From contig CAJINV010000004.1 of assembly GCA_905178155.1 (NCBI GenBank), positions 528,969-592,968 on the forward strand: DNA of 64,000 nucleotides, in the 5' to 3' direction. Below, piece by piece: positions 23,709 through 35,700 of the stretch. Position 1 is the first letter of the stretch. The number at the start of each line of letters is the position of its first letter. The stretch is from Amoebophrya sp. A120. Lineage: Eukaryota; Protista; Dinoflagellata. Under the pieces are notes generated by a model. It was given only the letters and a program-made list of their open reading frames with translations, ran no database searches and was not told where the DNA came from. Position numbers and translations under genes: made by a program.

Positions 23709-26700
23709 ATGCGTTCCAGAGGTCGCCTTAGGAAAGCAAGGACACGGGTCGTCTCTGCTCTCGACCTGGTCCTGTCTTCCTGGAGCCTGCTATCATCGAC
23801 GCGCGGCCCCCGAGTATCCCACTGAAATGAGCTAGCGCTTGTCATGCAAAAGGAAACTACGAATCAGAATATTTCCTGAAACAAGTAGACAAATTCTCGT
23901 CACCATTTTTGCAAAGTACAGATGTGATGCGCTAGCTCTTTTCTATCGGATATCAAGGCAGCATTGGCAATGGTGTTGCACTCATCGCAGCGCATCAGCT
24001 AAAGCCCGGGGCTGAAAATGAGGCCGGGGGTGTTCCTGGGATTACGCCCGGTGGAGGTGCTGTCCAGCATGCCGCATCCTCAAGGGAGAGAAGCAAGGAC
24101 GACAGGGAAGAGCGCTCAGGTAGTACAATTGCTTGGCTTGTTTTAGTTGCGGTTTCTGGCAGTCTTCACTTTTGTATAATGAATAAATTGAAAGAGCGCA
24201 AGTGCGCTGATTCGACAAACAAAAATCGTGCGAAAGAACCTCTACAACCACGACCACATTTTCTCTACTCAGGCTCTATCAGCGCCAGCTCCTCTTTATC
24301 CTCCCTGGTCGACGATTTAACACCCAGCCTGGACGTGGAGGATATATGCATTGCAAAAGGAAAGGTCTCGTACTCGTTTACCGGATGCGCACGACAATTT
24401 TTTTCAGCGTGAAATACAGTGGGATTTGTAGTGCTGATTTCCGGAGGCTGAGTGCTGATTCAACTCAGGAAAGGGTAAAAGGGATGTGTCATGCATAATG
24501 GAAATTGCCAATTATACCTAGTCTACGGTAGTACAACTTTTGCAGTGGATAGGATGCTGCTGTGCTCAAAAATGCGGTTTCCGAGACGGAACTGCAGACC
24601 TACAGCAACGCCCAGCTCGAGAAGCTGGCCGCGGCAAAATCCGCAATGCTGGATGATAGCTCGTTGGAGAAGAGCTCGTCGCAGTTCATGCACTCGCTGC
24701 AGAAAGCAGAGCACAGGCTGATGAAGGATCATGCGGCGGAGGGGCGTAGTGGTAATGGTTTGATTTCATTTTTAAATTTAACTATGAGATGTCTACGACG
24801 TCATACCATCGTGCATGATGTTATACCCCAGCGTATCATCTTCGTTGCATTCTGTTGCCCTTCATAGCATGGTGAGTAAAGTTCTGCAGCTTGGTATAAT
24901 GCAAATGCAGTTGGAACCGCGAGAATACTCACAGGCACCCGGCCATCCGCAGGCGATTCTTCGTTGTCCGCAATGGATCAAGCACCTTCTGCAGCCTCGT
25001 CAAGAAAAACCAATCCAGCATCTACAGTTGAAGCCAGCAAGGATGAGTTGTCTACGAGCTTAGTGGAAAGCGAGCAGCGCAAGATTCTTGAAACAGCGGC
25101 GTCCGCATCAGAAGCCAATCGAGGGACGAAGCAAAACTCCGCGAAGAAGAGCAGTGAGAATGTGGATGCCGCTTTCCAGAAAACGTCAACCGAGTCGGCC
25201 GCGTTGCAAAGTCTGTCGAAGCTCTCCACAGAAGAGCTCGAGAACATCGCTGCGCTAGATATGCTATCAACTGCAAATACGATAGTACCTGGGGTGGAAA
25301 ATATTGTGCATGGCAAATCTACATTCTCATTTCATCACAAGGTTTACTCAGATCAGGCACAGTATTTGCAAATTGATATGACTCAGCAGAATCCCAGCGC
25401 CAAGAGCGAGCGGCTAGGAACCGAAGGATTGCAGCGGCGGAGACGAGCAACAAGGAAGATCTCAACGCAGTCGGGGTGGAGGGGATGTATGTATCGTGTG
25501 CAAAAGTACTAGTGGTGCTATCGTGCCGCTCTTCCCCGTTCCCGTTGTCTTAAATTGCATGACTGGACGTGGTGGACGAGGAACCCGCTGTGTCCCTACT
25601 TCGTATTTTTTTCACAATCGCAAGTTCCTCCAGCACCCTGATCGAAGGAAGTTTAGAATTAGAACGCCAGGAGCTGCGTGACCGTGTAACAACTGCCTTC
25701 TACTTTTGCCCTGCATAACCTCCAGGCGAGGAGGAGAACCTCGGTCTTGGTGAGGGTGCATCAGATGAGAACACTATGACTTACGACGAGGAGAACAACA
25801 TGCCGCTTATCCAAGATGGAGACTATAGCATGGATGGCGAGCCGTTCGTGGCGAAAACCACTTCGTTCGCGATTAGTACAGGGCCAACGGTAAATGGCGC
25901 AGCGAACAATCTGAACAGTCAAAACGATGCAACTACTGCGACATCAAAGACTGTATCGCTTTCGCTGGAACACGTCGGGACGGAAGGGGAGACGAAAGCA
26001 GACAAGGAAGCTGCCTACTACATTAAAAAACAGAACGAAGTTGAGGAGCAGGACGCGGCGCACCTGTTATGCATTCCAAATATGTCTGGGTGTGGAAGGA
26101 TGCAATTTGGCATGCGGTCTTTGGATTCTAAAAACATCTGTATTGCGTGACCAGCAGGAGGAGTCCAGTTTGCGCTACGCGGATAGGGCATTTCTCATGC
26201 GGAGTAGACATCAGGAAGCCCTCCAAAAATCTGTGATGCTAAGTAATGCATTACAGGCATCATGGGTCATGCCAAATATGCATGACAAACCTGGCAATCG
26301 CAATCTTCCAGACCCAGACACTTTTGCAGTTGATACCTGTACGTCGAGGACCAGATTGTGCGGGAGGCGGACTTGATCACGACAAACATCGAAACCTTCA
26401 AAGCGGATGAGGTGCAGCTGCAGAATCAAGGAAACATAGCGCAGTACGACGACGAGTACGGCTATACGACGGTGAGCTCCTCCACAACGTGCATTTGCTA
26501 CCTGGTCTACACTAACGGCACTCAGATTCAGCTGAACAGCAAGTTTTCGTGCACCTCCATGACGTCGACCACCACGACGACAACAACGAGCACGACGACA
26601 ACGACGACCACGACGACAACGACAACCACAACAACGCTGCCCAGCATGTCGCGCGCGTACCAGTTGTCGCTCAACATTCCGGCTGCAGAGACCGCGGGTT

Positions 26701-29700
26701 CCGTGGCGGGGATGACGAACGTGCAGGACGCGGTCAAGAACGGGACCTGGTTTTATTTAAACAGCGACACCTCCTGCACCTTGACCTTGAACGACATCAC
26801 CAGTCTCTCCCTCGACCCTGTGGACGCGTCGGCGATTGGGAATCCGGTCACCGTCAACGTGACGTACACAGCCCAGGTTCCCGCTGGCCAGCAGTTGACG
26901 GACTTTGAGGCTAGGTGGCCGGACGGCAGTTTGTCCGACACGGGCAAGGACGACTATCCGCGGAGAGGAAAAAGCTTTGAGGTCAAGTCTGTCTCCTAGT
27001 GATAGAGATAGTGCAATAGCAATTACAACTCTCGTGGTCTTATGCTCCTTTAATAGCACCTGCTTGCAAGTGAACGACTCCAGGAGCTCCAGGCCATCAT
27101 CAAGGTGACCTTCGTATCATGGGACGAACCGACGCGACTATTACTACCATGATCTTGATCTGATGCAGGTGGATCCCATGTCGACTGCAGCTCGTTTGCC
27201 TGATTTGAGCGTGTAAGGAATTCACCTGAACACCAGGCCCGCGACCTCATCCATGATTCTTTTTCCTAGTAGCCCTAGCTGTTGCAGTAAGTAGTTGAAG
27301 AGTGATTTGATTATACATTACTTTGCTTTGGCGCTGACGTGGGGCAACGACCAAGGACGCGTGTACGGAATTTTCCGAAGCAGGACTTGCTTGTGCACTG
27401 CGGGACCATAGCACAGTGGAAGAGGACGAGTGATCTGCGACGAGGAGCAGCCAAACACACTGAAAACGCACCTGAAGGAAGAAATGGCCGCAAGGCATTT
27501 GTGGCAGCAGCTCCCCGGAATGCTACTTCAAGGAGTTTTCCCGTCCGGGGCTTCAGCTTTCGTCCCAGCAGCGCGAAAATCTTAACGGAAATCCCTTTTT
27601 GATCCGGATGCTTTTCATCTCTTCCAAAGTTTAAAAATTTCAGCTTCTTCCCCAAGACTTGACTCTTGAAGGCTTTTTCCTTTCGATGCTTTGCTGAGAC
27701 AGTATGTGAACGATTCTATCATCGTGACAGGGATTGCAGATCTCTCCCTGGAAGGGTCAGTGACGCCCACACAGTCCCCCACGACAACGACAACCACCAC
27801 GACGACGACGACCAGCACAACGACAACGACGACGACCAGCACCACGACGACGAGCGTCACGGCGACCAACACGACGACGTCAACTACGACAACGTCAACT
27901 ACGACAACCACAACGGCTGTGCCGACGGTCTCCCGGGCCTATCAATTGAACTTCACTGTGCCAAGTACTGAGACAGCAGCGTCTGTTATGGCGAGAAAAT
28001 AAACTGGGTTGGTGTGAGTTTTGTGGACTGGCGGCATGGCGTGTGCTTAAAATCCTGCCTTGCAAAGCTCGTAGTATGAAGTGAGTACACAACATATGAA
28101 AAAAGGTAACTAAAGGACTGCTGGCATGACAAGCGCTCGCTGTGTTACATGCTTGTTCAAATTGTAACCTTACATCAGCGCAGTTCTTTTTTTCGGTGGA
28201 TACGCATTGCAGGGATGCAGAAGCTTGTTGACGCTGTGAAGAACGGAACCTGGTTCTATTTCGATCAAGACTCGGATTTATGAGTTGGAAAAAATCACGA
28301 CCCGTGTGTTTGTTGTAAAAATGCGGAATCGCTAGGGCTAGTGCGCTTTCATGAGTGTTTATGTTATGTGTTCCAGCAAAGTCCACGTGACGGCAAATGA
28401 AAAACAACCCGCAGGGTCGTGATCATATCTAGCTGTGCATACTGGATCACCGATTTGTACATCGAGAATATCACCTCGCTGACCATTGCCGAGGCGAGTT
28501 CTGGGGGCGGAGCGAATTACAGCTTATTCGATATCAGCTACACGGCTACCGTGAACGGGAACGACACCGTGGATGAGTTTGAGGCCCGGTGGCCCGATCC
28601 CAACCTGTCCACCGTGGAGAAAATTTTGCTGAAAAGGTACGTGAACGACAGCGTCCTAGTTGCCGCGATTCCCGGCGTGGAACTTGGCACGGGTGACGTC
28701 ACGGCGCTGCCCAGTCCAACGACTACTACCACCACGACATCGACGAGCACCACGACAACCACAACGACAAACACGACGACGAGCACAACGACGACCACCA
28801 CGACTAGCACAAGTACTACAACGTCGACGAACACTTATCCAGTGCAAAAGTACTCCTGTTGCTCTCCTACAGCGGATCGCAGTCATGCAAGGCAAATTTC
28901 CTTTCCGAGCCAAATCAGCAAGACAAGTCCATTTGTCATGCTGATGCTAAGATAAATTTGTATTGCGTGTACCTACGACCAACTGCGATGCTTTTGCAAT
29001 TCATAACACTACCACGAGTACAACGACGACCACGACTACGAGTACGACGATTATCCTGATGGGAAAGTCACAATCTAATGACATTGTCAAGAGCGACCAC
29101 TTCAATTTGCCATGCACGTAAAAAGGGTAGTACAGGTTACAGATTGACACTTGCGAATGTGCCTGTTGAAAAGTCCGTCCTCCCTGTCACAGTGATTGAC
29201 AGAGAAGATGGTTGTGGTTTCCTCCAGCATACTCACGACGACCTCGACAAACACAACAACGACGACATCGACGTATGAGAGTGCACAAATCCCCCTCCCC
29301 GTCATTTGTCATGCAAAATACAATTTCGTCCCCTTTCCCTTAAGCACTTCTTGCATGACAGATTCCGGAATCTGAAACAGCCCTAGAATCGGTCGCGAAT
29401 GTGTCATGCAAAAGCTGCATTTATGCCACCCAGCACTTGTGTTGCTGCTTCTGCCCTTCAAATGAGGGATTTGTGCTCTGTCATACGACGACAACGTCGA
29501 CTACCACGACGACAAACACCACGTCGACGACTACAACGACGACCACATCGACCAACACTACAACGACCACATCAACCACCTCCACGTCTACCAGCACGAC
29601 CGGGTCCTCGACCACTACCGCCACGACTGCTTCCAGTGGTGGTCCTGTCATCTCCGTGGTTGCCCCGGCAGAGTGGAAAGAGACCCTTTTGCTGCACAAC

Positions 29701-32700
29701 CTGTTCCGGTGTCTGCACAACGTCCCGCCGCTCATCTGGAACAGTGAGTTGGCTACGAACAGCGCGCAGCATTCGCAGTGCGACGTGGCGGCGAACACCA
29801 TGTGCAGCTTTCCGGCGTCGGACCAATACCATTCGCCGACGAGCACGCGAAGCAACAAATTCGGCTTCACGAGTACCTTCGGCGAGAACATAGCGGAGGG
29901 AAGTGGCGGCGATCACGACTTGATACGGGATTCTCAAACGGTACATTCTCAACTGTTGCATGATGAAAGTTGTTTCATCGCGGGAAAAGTTCTACTAGTC
30001 GACGCGCTAAATTTTGGAGTAGCACGAGAATGTTGCGCTTGCGCTTGCGTCCCACTTCTGTATAATGCAAAGCGCGCAATGGCAACCGCAAGGTCCCCCC
30101 TCTTTACATAAATTTGCTCTTGTTGCATCCCAAATTATCCATGTGACGGCTGAGAGTGTAACAGATGAGAGCGCCATACTTGAACTCGGGGACGTGGGCC
30201 CGCGCGACGAAATGGTGGTACGAGGACGAGATTTATCCATTATTATGTCTGGCTCTGGTAGAATGAATTTAGATTTACCATGCAGAACTCTTGGCGTACA
30301 AACATGTTTGCAACACAGCCTTTTTTATGGTCGAGACAGAGACTTCGCATAAGTACATTATCCAGACCCAGGCAAGTATTTGCAGTGCATAAGATCATTC
30401 TAACCCAAAATTGGCCGACGGGCAGCGTGTCAGACCCGGCAGAATCCCTGGCCTCCTTGAACACCAATGACATCACGGTCCCTGTCGCGAAATGGACGAA
30501 CGAAGCTGCCGCCAGCGGCAGTGGCCTGGCCGAGGGACTGCACGATGTGCCCGTTGTATGGGAGAAAAAAACTGTATAAGTGTATAGTTTGCAGTGGTGC
30601 GGAGGACGATGCAAGACAAAGACTGTCACGCTGGTCATCATGCGTGCTGGATGTGCTCCAGAGGCTAATTTCATACGCGTTTTCACGTACCAGCTACGCT
30701 CATTTGTATATGCAAAACTCGGCTGTGACGCTCCTTTAGTGACTTCCTGGTATGACGTTGCTCTTACAAACTTTTCTTCTTGCATACGTTGCCGGGAGCG
30801 CGATCGGGCACTACACGCAGGTCGTCTGGGGCGACAGTTGGGAGCTCGGCTGCGCTGGGTTCCCAACCGGGAAAGCCGTTTTGTGTCAGTACGGGAGGGG
30901 AGGAAACATCGGGAGCGCCACCATGACGACGCATTTCAAGGAAAATGTGGTCGCCTTGTCGAAAACGGAACAGGAGTGCGCAGTATCGATGGCGCAAAAG
31001 TGTGTATATCTGTGTCTCGAGGAAAGCTATATATGCAATATTTTCGGATGATTGATAAGCCACCTGAACCTCCGATAATGGAACCTAGTTGCAGCCCGTG
31101 ACAAGTTTCTGAGCGATGTGATTCTCGTGGTCCGAAAAGTCTGAGAATATTTTTACAAGCCGCGTCTTTGCAGCTGTACATATCAAAAAATCGCATTTCT
31201 CTCTCTCTTCTTCACTTCTCCCAAGGATTAGTTGCAACTCTTGCGACTTTCCAGTCTCAGAGACGAGATGACATATTTGCGCTGCATACTTGGGAGCAAA
31301 TGACGACCAGTACCAGGTGCAGGGGTCGGTGAAGATCTTCCTCCCGGGGGCCTCGGTCAGCACCTGCGGGAGCGCGGAGTCGTTTATTTTACTCGCGTAG
31401 CCTCTGCAAAAGTTAAAGTATTGCACTCGTACTATTGATTGGAATTGTGCATCTTCATGACGAGGGATTCAGATTCTTCTCCTTCATGTGAACCAGCAAT
31501 ACAAACAAATTACGCTTTTCCTACTTTTCCTCAGTGGATTTTTGATGCGGTTTCTTCTACTAGTTGTATGTAGTGAGGTCACCGAACGGTTCTAACCGGG
31601 GAGTTTTTTTGACATATACCCTCAAAAACGACCGGCAGTTTTGAAGCCTGTAGAGAGTTTTTTTGCATGAAAAAGATCCCAGCGTGCAAGCCTGTTTGGC
31701 TTACCTGGCACCGAATCGCCAGCGGATTCTATCGATCGCCACTGGGTAAAACGACGCAGAGAAGCCAGCAAAAGGGGCGCCCTTCTGGGGCGCCCACCGC
31801 CTTGGTTTCTGGCGGTTTGGGGCGCCCAAAAGGGCGCCCGAAAAAAACGCACCGAAAATCAGAACAAGCGAAACAGCATGGCACGGCCGCGGTTTCGGAG
31901 CATTTTGGGCGGCCGCGAAAGCGGCCGCATTTTCGCCGGTTTCAGAGCCTGGGGGGCTTTGCAAAAAGCGCCGACCAGAAAAGTAAAAACGCAAAAAAGC
32001 AAAAGCGCGCCAGACGCGCAAAGCCAATCCGCATGCTACGGGCCCGATTTTTCTTCGCTTTTTGGGCGCCCCCCGTGGCACCCGGATCGGCCTCATAGCA
32101 TGGGGGCTGGCTTTCGGAAAGGAATATCGGAAATTTGCCAAAATTTGCGACGTTTATCAAGCGGCCGCCATACCGTGCGGCCTAACGTTACTCACGGCGG
32201 TACGGCGAGCCCAGAAAAAGCAAAGCCGCGGCCAAGGCGACGGCCGGCAAGAAAACGCCCACGACCTCACTACCTCCGCCCCGGCGGCTATATTTGGTAC
32301 AACGACAAGATACTTTTGCAATGCATACTGCCCTCGAGAAGCCAGTGAAGGAAGCGTTTAAGGCGCATTTTTCGTTGACCAAGACTTCCTTCGACGTTTA
32401 CATTGAGGACAAACCGAATTACGGAGCCAAGTGTATGGACTTCTCAATAAGCGTCAGATTGATAGCTGTTGCGTTAATTTATGATTCAGAATTACAGCAA
32501 AAGTGAAGGGAGAAGCAGCTCGCTTGCGCGTTTTGCATTACAGTTGTGGACCGGATTTTCATGCCGTTGAGCGCTTCGAGAACTTGTCATGCGCAGGAGC
32601 TTGGTCTCGTGCGCAATGATAGTGAATCTGCATGACAAAAAAATTATGTATAGATACAGTGAACTACATCAATGGCACGCTTGAGAATCTGATGAATTGC

Positions 32701-35700
32701 TCGGCCGAATCCTCGGGCATGTCATACGAGTTTGGGTTTATCCTGAGGTCGTTATCCGCTGGGAAAGCAAAGTGTGTGAAAACCGCTTTGGCGGGCGACC
32801 TTTCTGCATTGTTCACCACCCTGCAGTATGCATTGCAAAAGTATCGTACTCGTATAAATGCATGACAATTTCCCTCAGCATGAGAAATAAAATTTGTAAT
32901 GAGGATTTGCCTTGAAGAGAAAAAAATTTGTAATGCATGATTGCAATTACTACGAGTACGATACTTTTGCAGAGGATATGCAGTCGAAATGCAACGAGTT
33001 TCCGGATTCTCAGGTAGGGGCGTGTGCCACGACGTTGTCCGGTGGGGTGAGCGATTTGAAGCTAGGAAGTGAATTTACCCTCGAATACAGGCCGCCCATG
33101 TATTCAGTGCAAAAGTGCGTCGCTATTGCTTGTAAGTGGTGTTGCATTCATGCATTCTGGCAGAGTTGTAGACTACCTGTTTGTGATTGTGAGCTTAACA
33201 ACATTTTTTAGCCTGACGGGCTCGAAATTTCATCCTGAAAAGGAGCGAGCTTGTTGTAAGCAGGCCTTGTACAACAGCCAGTTGTGCGATAGTACTTTTG
33301 CACGGGATAAGACGAGCGATGAGGCCACTGTCACCGCTGACGCAGACTGCACCAGCGGGGCGGGAACGGGAGGAACAGCAGCTTCGACGGTATCCACGAC
33401 AGTCAATTTCCCGTACACGTTTTTGCATGTGGATTCTCCATGACACACTTTCCCTTCGCCTTCGATCCTCTGCTGCATGACAAGTGTTACTCTCTACGCT
33501 AGCGAAAAAAATATTTGTGATGCCTTTTCTAGCTCGTAAGTTGTATCCGGGACCGGGAAATTTAGACTGCATAGACGGCGGCCCCGGCTGCCACCACAAC
33601 CCCGGTTGTCACCGTAACCTCCGCTACGACAGCCGCGGCAACGTCGTCCTCAACTTCAAGCACAAGCTCAACGTCTACATCAACGTCGACGTCGAGCACA
33701 AGTACCAGTACGACCACAACAACCACCACAGAGGCGTCGACAACTACGACGACCACAACGACCACAACGACCACAACGACGACAACCACGACGACCACGA
33801 CGACCACGACAACAACGACCACCACCACAACGACGACCACCACCACTACCACCACCACGACAACCACCACCACCACGACCACGACAACCACCCTCCCGAA
33901 GTTCCTGCGTTCTTTCCAGGTAGAGCTCACCGTGCCTTCCAGCGAGACGGCGGCGTCCATGGCGGCGAATGCGGACTTTTTGAAGGCCATGAAGAACGGC
34001 ACGCAGTTCTACTTCAATCACGACCCTGCTTTGAGTTTCGCGGTTGCCGATCTGGTGGAATACACTCTCGCTGCGTCCGCCGTGCAGACGAGCTCGGACA
34101 CCGAGGCATTTGTGGATGCGAACTACACCGCACAAGTTCCGTATCAAATGTAAATATGTCTGGGTCTGGAAGAATGCAACTTGTGATGCCGCATTTGGAT
34201 TTCAAAAAAATCTGTATTGCATGAGCAGCAAAGGGAGTATAATTTTTGCTACGGCAAGAGGGCGCTTGTCATGCGGAATAGGCATCAAGAAGCCCTCAAA
34301 AAATCTCTGATGCTAGGGCATGCATCACAAACATCTTGGCTCATGTGAAACTTGCATGACAAGTCTCAGAATCTTCCAGACCCAGACAGTTTTGCAGTGC
34401 ATATTCCGCAGGGGCAGCTGATGTCCGACTTCGAGGCGCGGTGGCCAGACCCAAACTTATCTTCCGACCTATGCAAGAAAAAAACTGTGTAAGTGTAAAT
34501 TTGTGTTGCAGAAGATGCGACAGAGTTACACCTGTCATGCCAAACAGCCATGAAGTCCTCTTTTCATGTGTGTTTTCCCTTAAAAACCATGCATGACAGG
34601 CTTTCTCTGTCATGTAGAGCAAATTTGTGATGCTGTTCCTCAAAGAAAGTTACACTTACACAGTTTTTTTCCTGGATACGACCAGCTAGATTTGTATTGC
34701 CGGGCAGTGTCGAGGAAAAAGCTCGAGTCAAGTCACTTTTACACACAAGTCATCTGCTGGATTTGTTCATACTCCGACTTATTGTTGAGCAGAGGCGTTT
34801 TAGTCCGCTTGCTCCTGGAGAAGATTTTTTTGAAAGTTTTCGAAAGTTCAGTTTTGCAGTTTTCAATTTCTTTTAGCCGTTGGAGCAAAGCGGCCTCTGG
34901 ACAAGTTGTCGGCGGGTCCTGTGCTTTCGCATTCGCGTACGGTGTGGACGCGAAATTAGAAGGCTGCTGGCACAAGACCTCGGTGACGGCAGCGATCTTG
35001 CAGGCACGACAGGGAAGAGAGCAGCGGTTTCCAGATTTCGCGAGGACCGAAGATGGATGCCATAATCGTTTCCGGTGAGCTCCTTGATGCAGTGGCAGCT
35101 GCAGGGACGGTTTCTCTGATGTTGTGACTAAGAGTGCCGCAATCTCAAACGTGCAAGCACTACAGTGACGCTCGCATCAACTCCAATGGTACCATGTCGT
35201 CCACAATAGAAAATTGATATAGTGTCTGTCGTGATAAAAAATCATAAATGTGGTCACGCATTTTAACCTTGTAGTTGTATGACGAGGAAAGAACGACGTA
35301 AAAATTGAAACCTGTAGTCGGAATTTGAAAATGAGGTCTACCTGTATTTTAACTTAAATCGCTCGTATATTTGGATCAATCTCTTCTAAATCCATCGGAA
35401 GAACAACAAGCAGAAGATTTTTATCGTGTGAGAAAGACAGACTAGACTTGACTCAAAGCTTTTTTCTCCTGCACACCTCGCTGAAACAGTACATCGACGA
35501 CTCAGTCACGGTTGCGGCGATCTCGGGCGTTTCTGTCGTCTCAGTTGTGTCCCAGCAATCGCCTACCACGACAACCACCACGACGACCACCACTACGACA
35601 ACGACCACCACGACGACCACCACCACCACGACAACCACCACCACCACGACTACCACGACAACAACACTCCCATCGTTCAGTAGGAAGTTCACCATCCAGC

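Larger units (their letters stand above)
29660..30960 (+). other. CAP (SCP/Tpx-1/Ag5/PR-1) domain within gene 2, split by three introners
   Basis: Motifs HNLFRCLHNVPPLIWNSELA, YHS, FGENIA, WWYEDEI, GHYTQVVWGDSWELGC and CQYGRGGN appear in order once the elements at 29924, 30234 and 30557 are removed. Confidence 0.9.
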
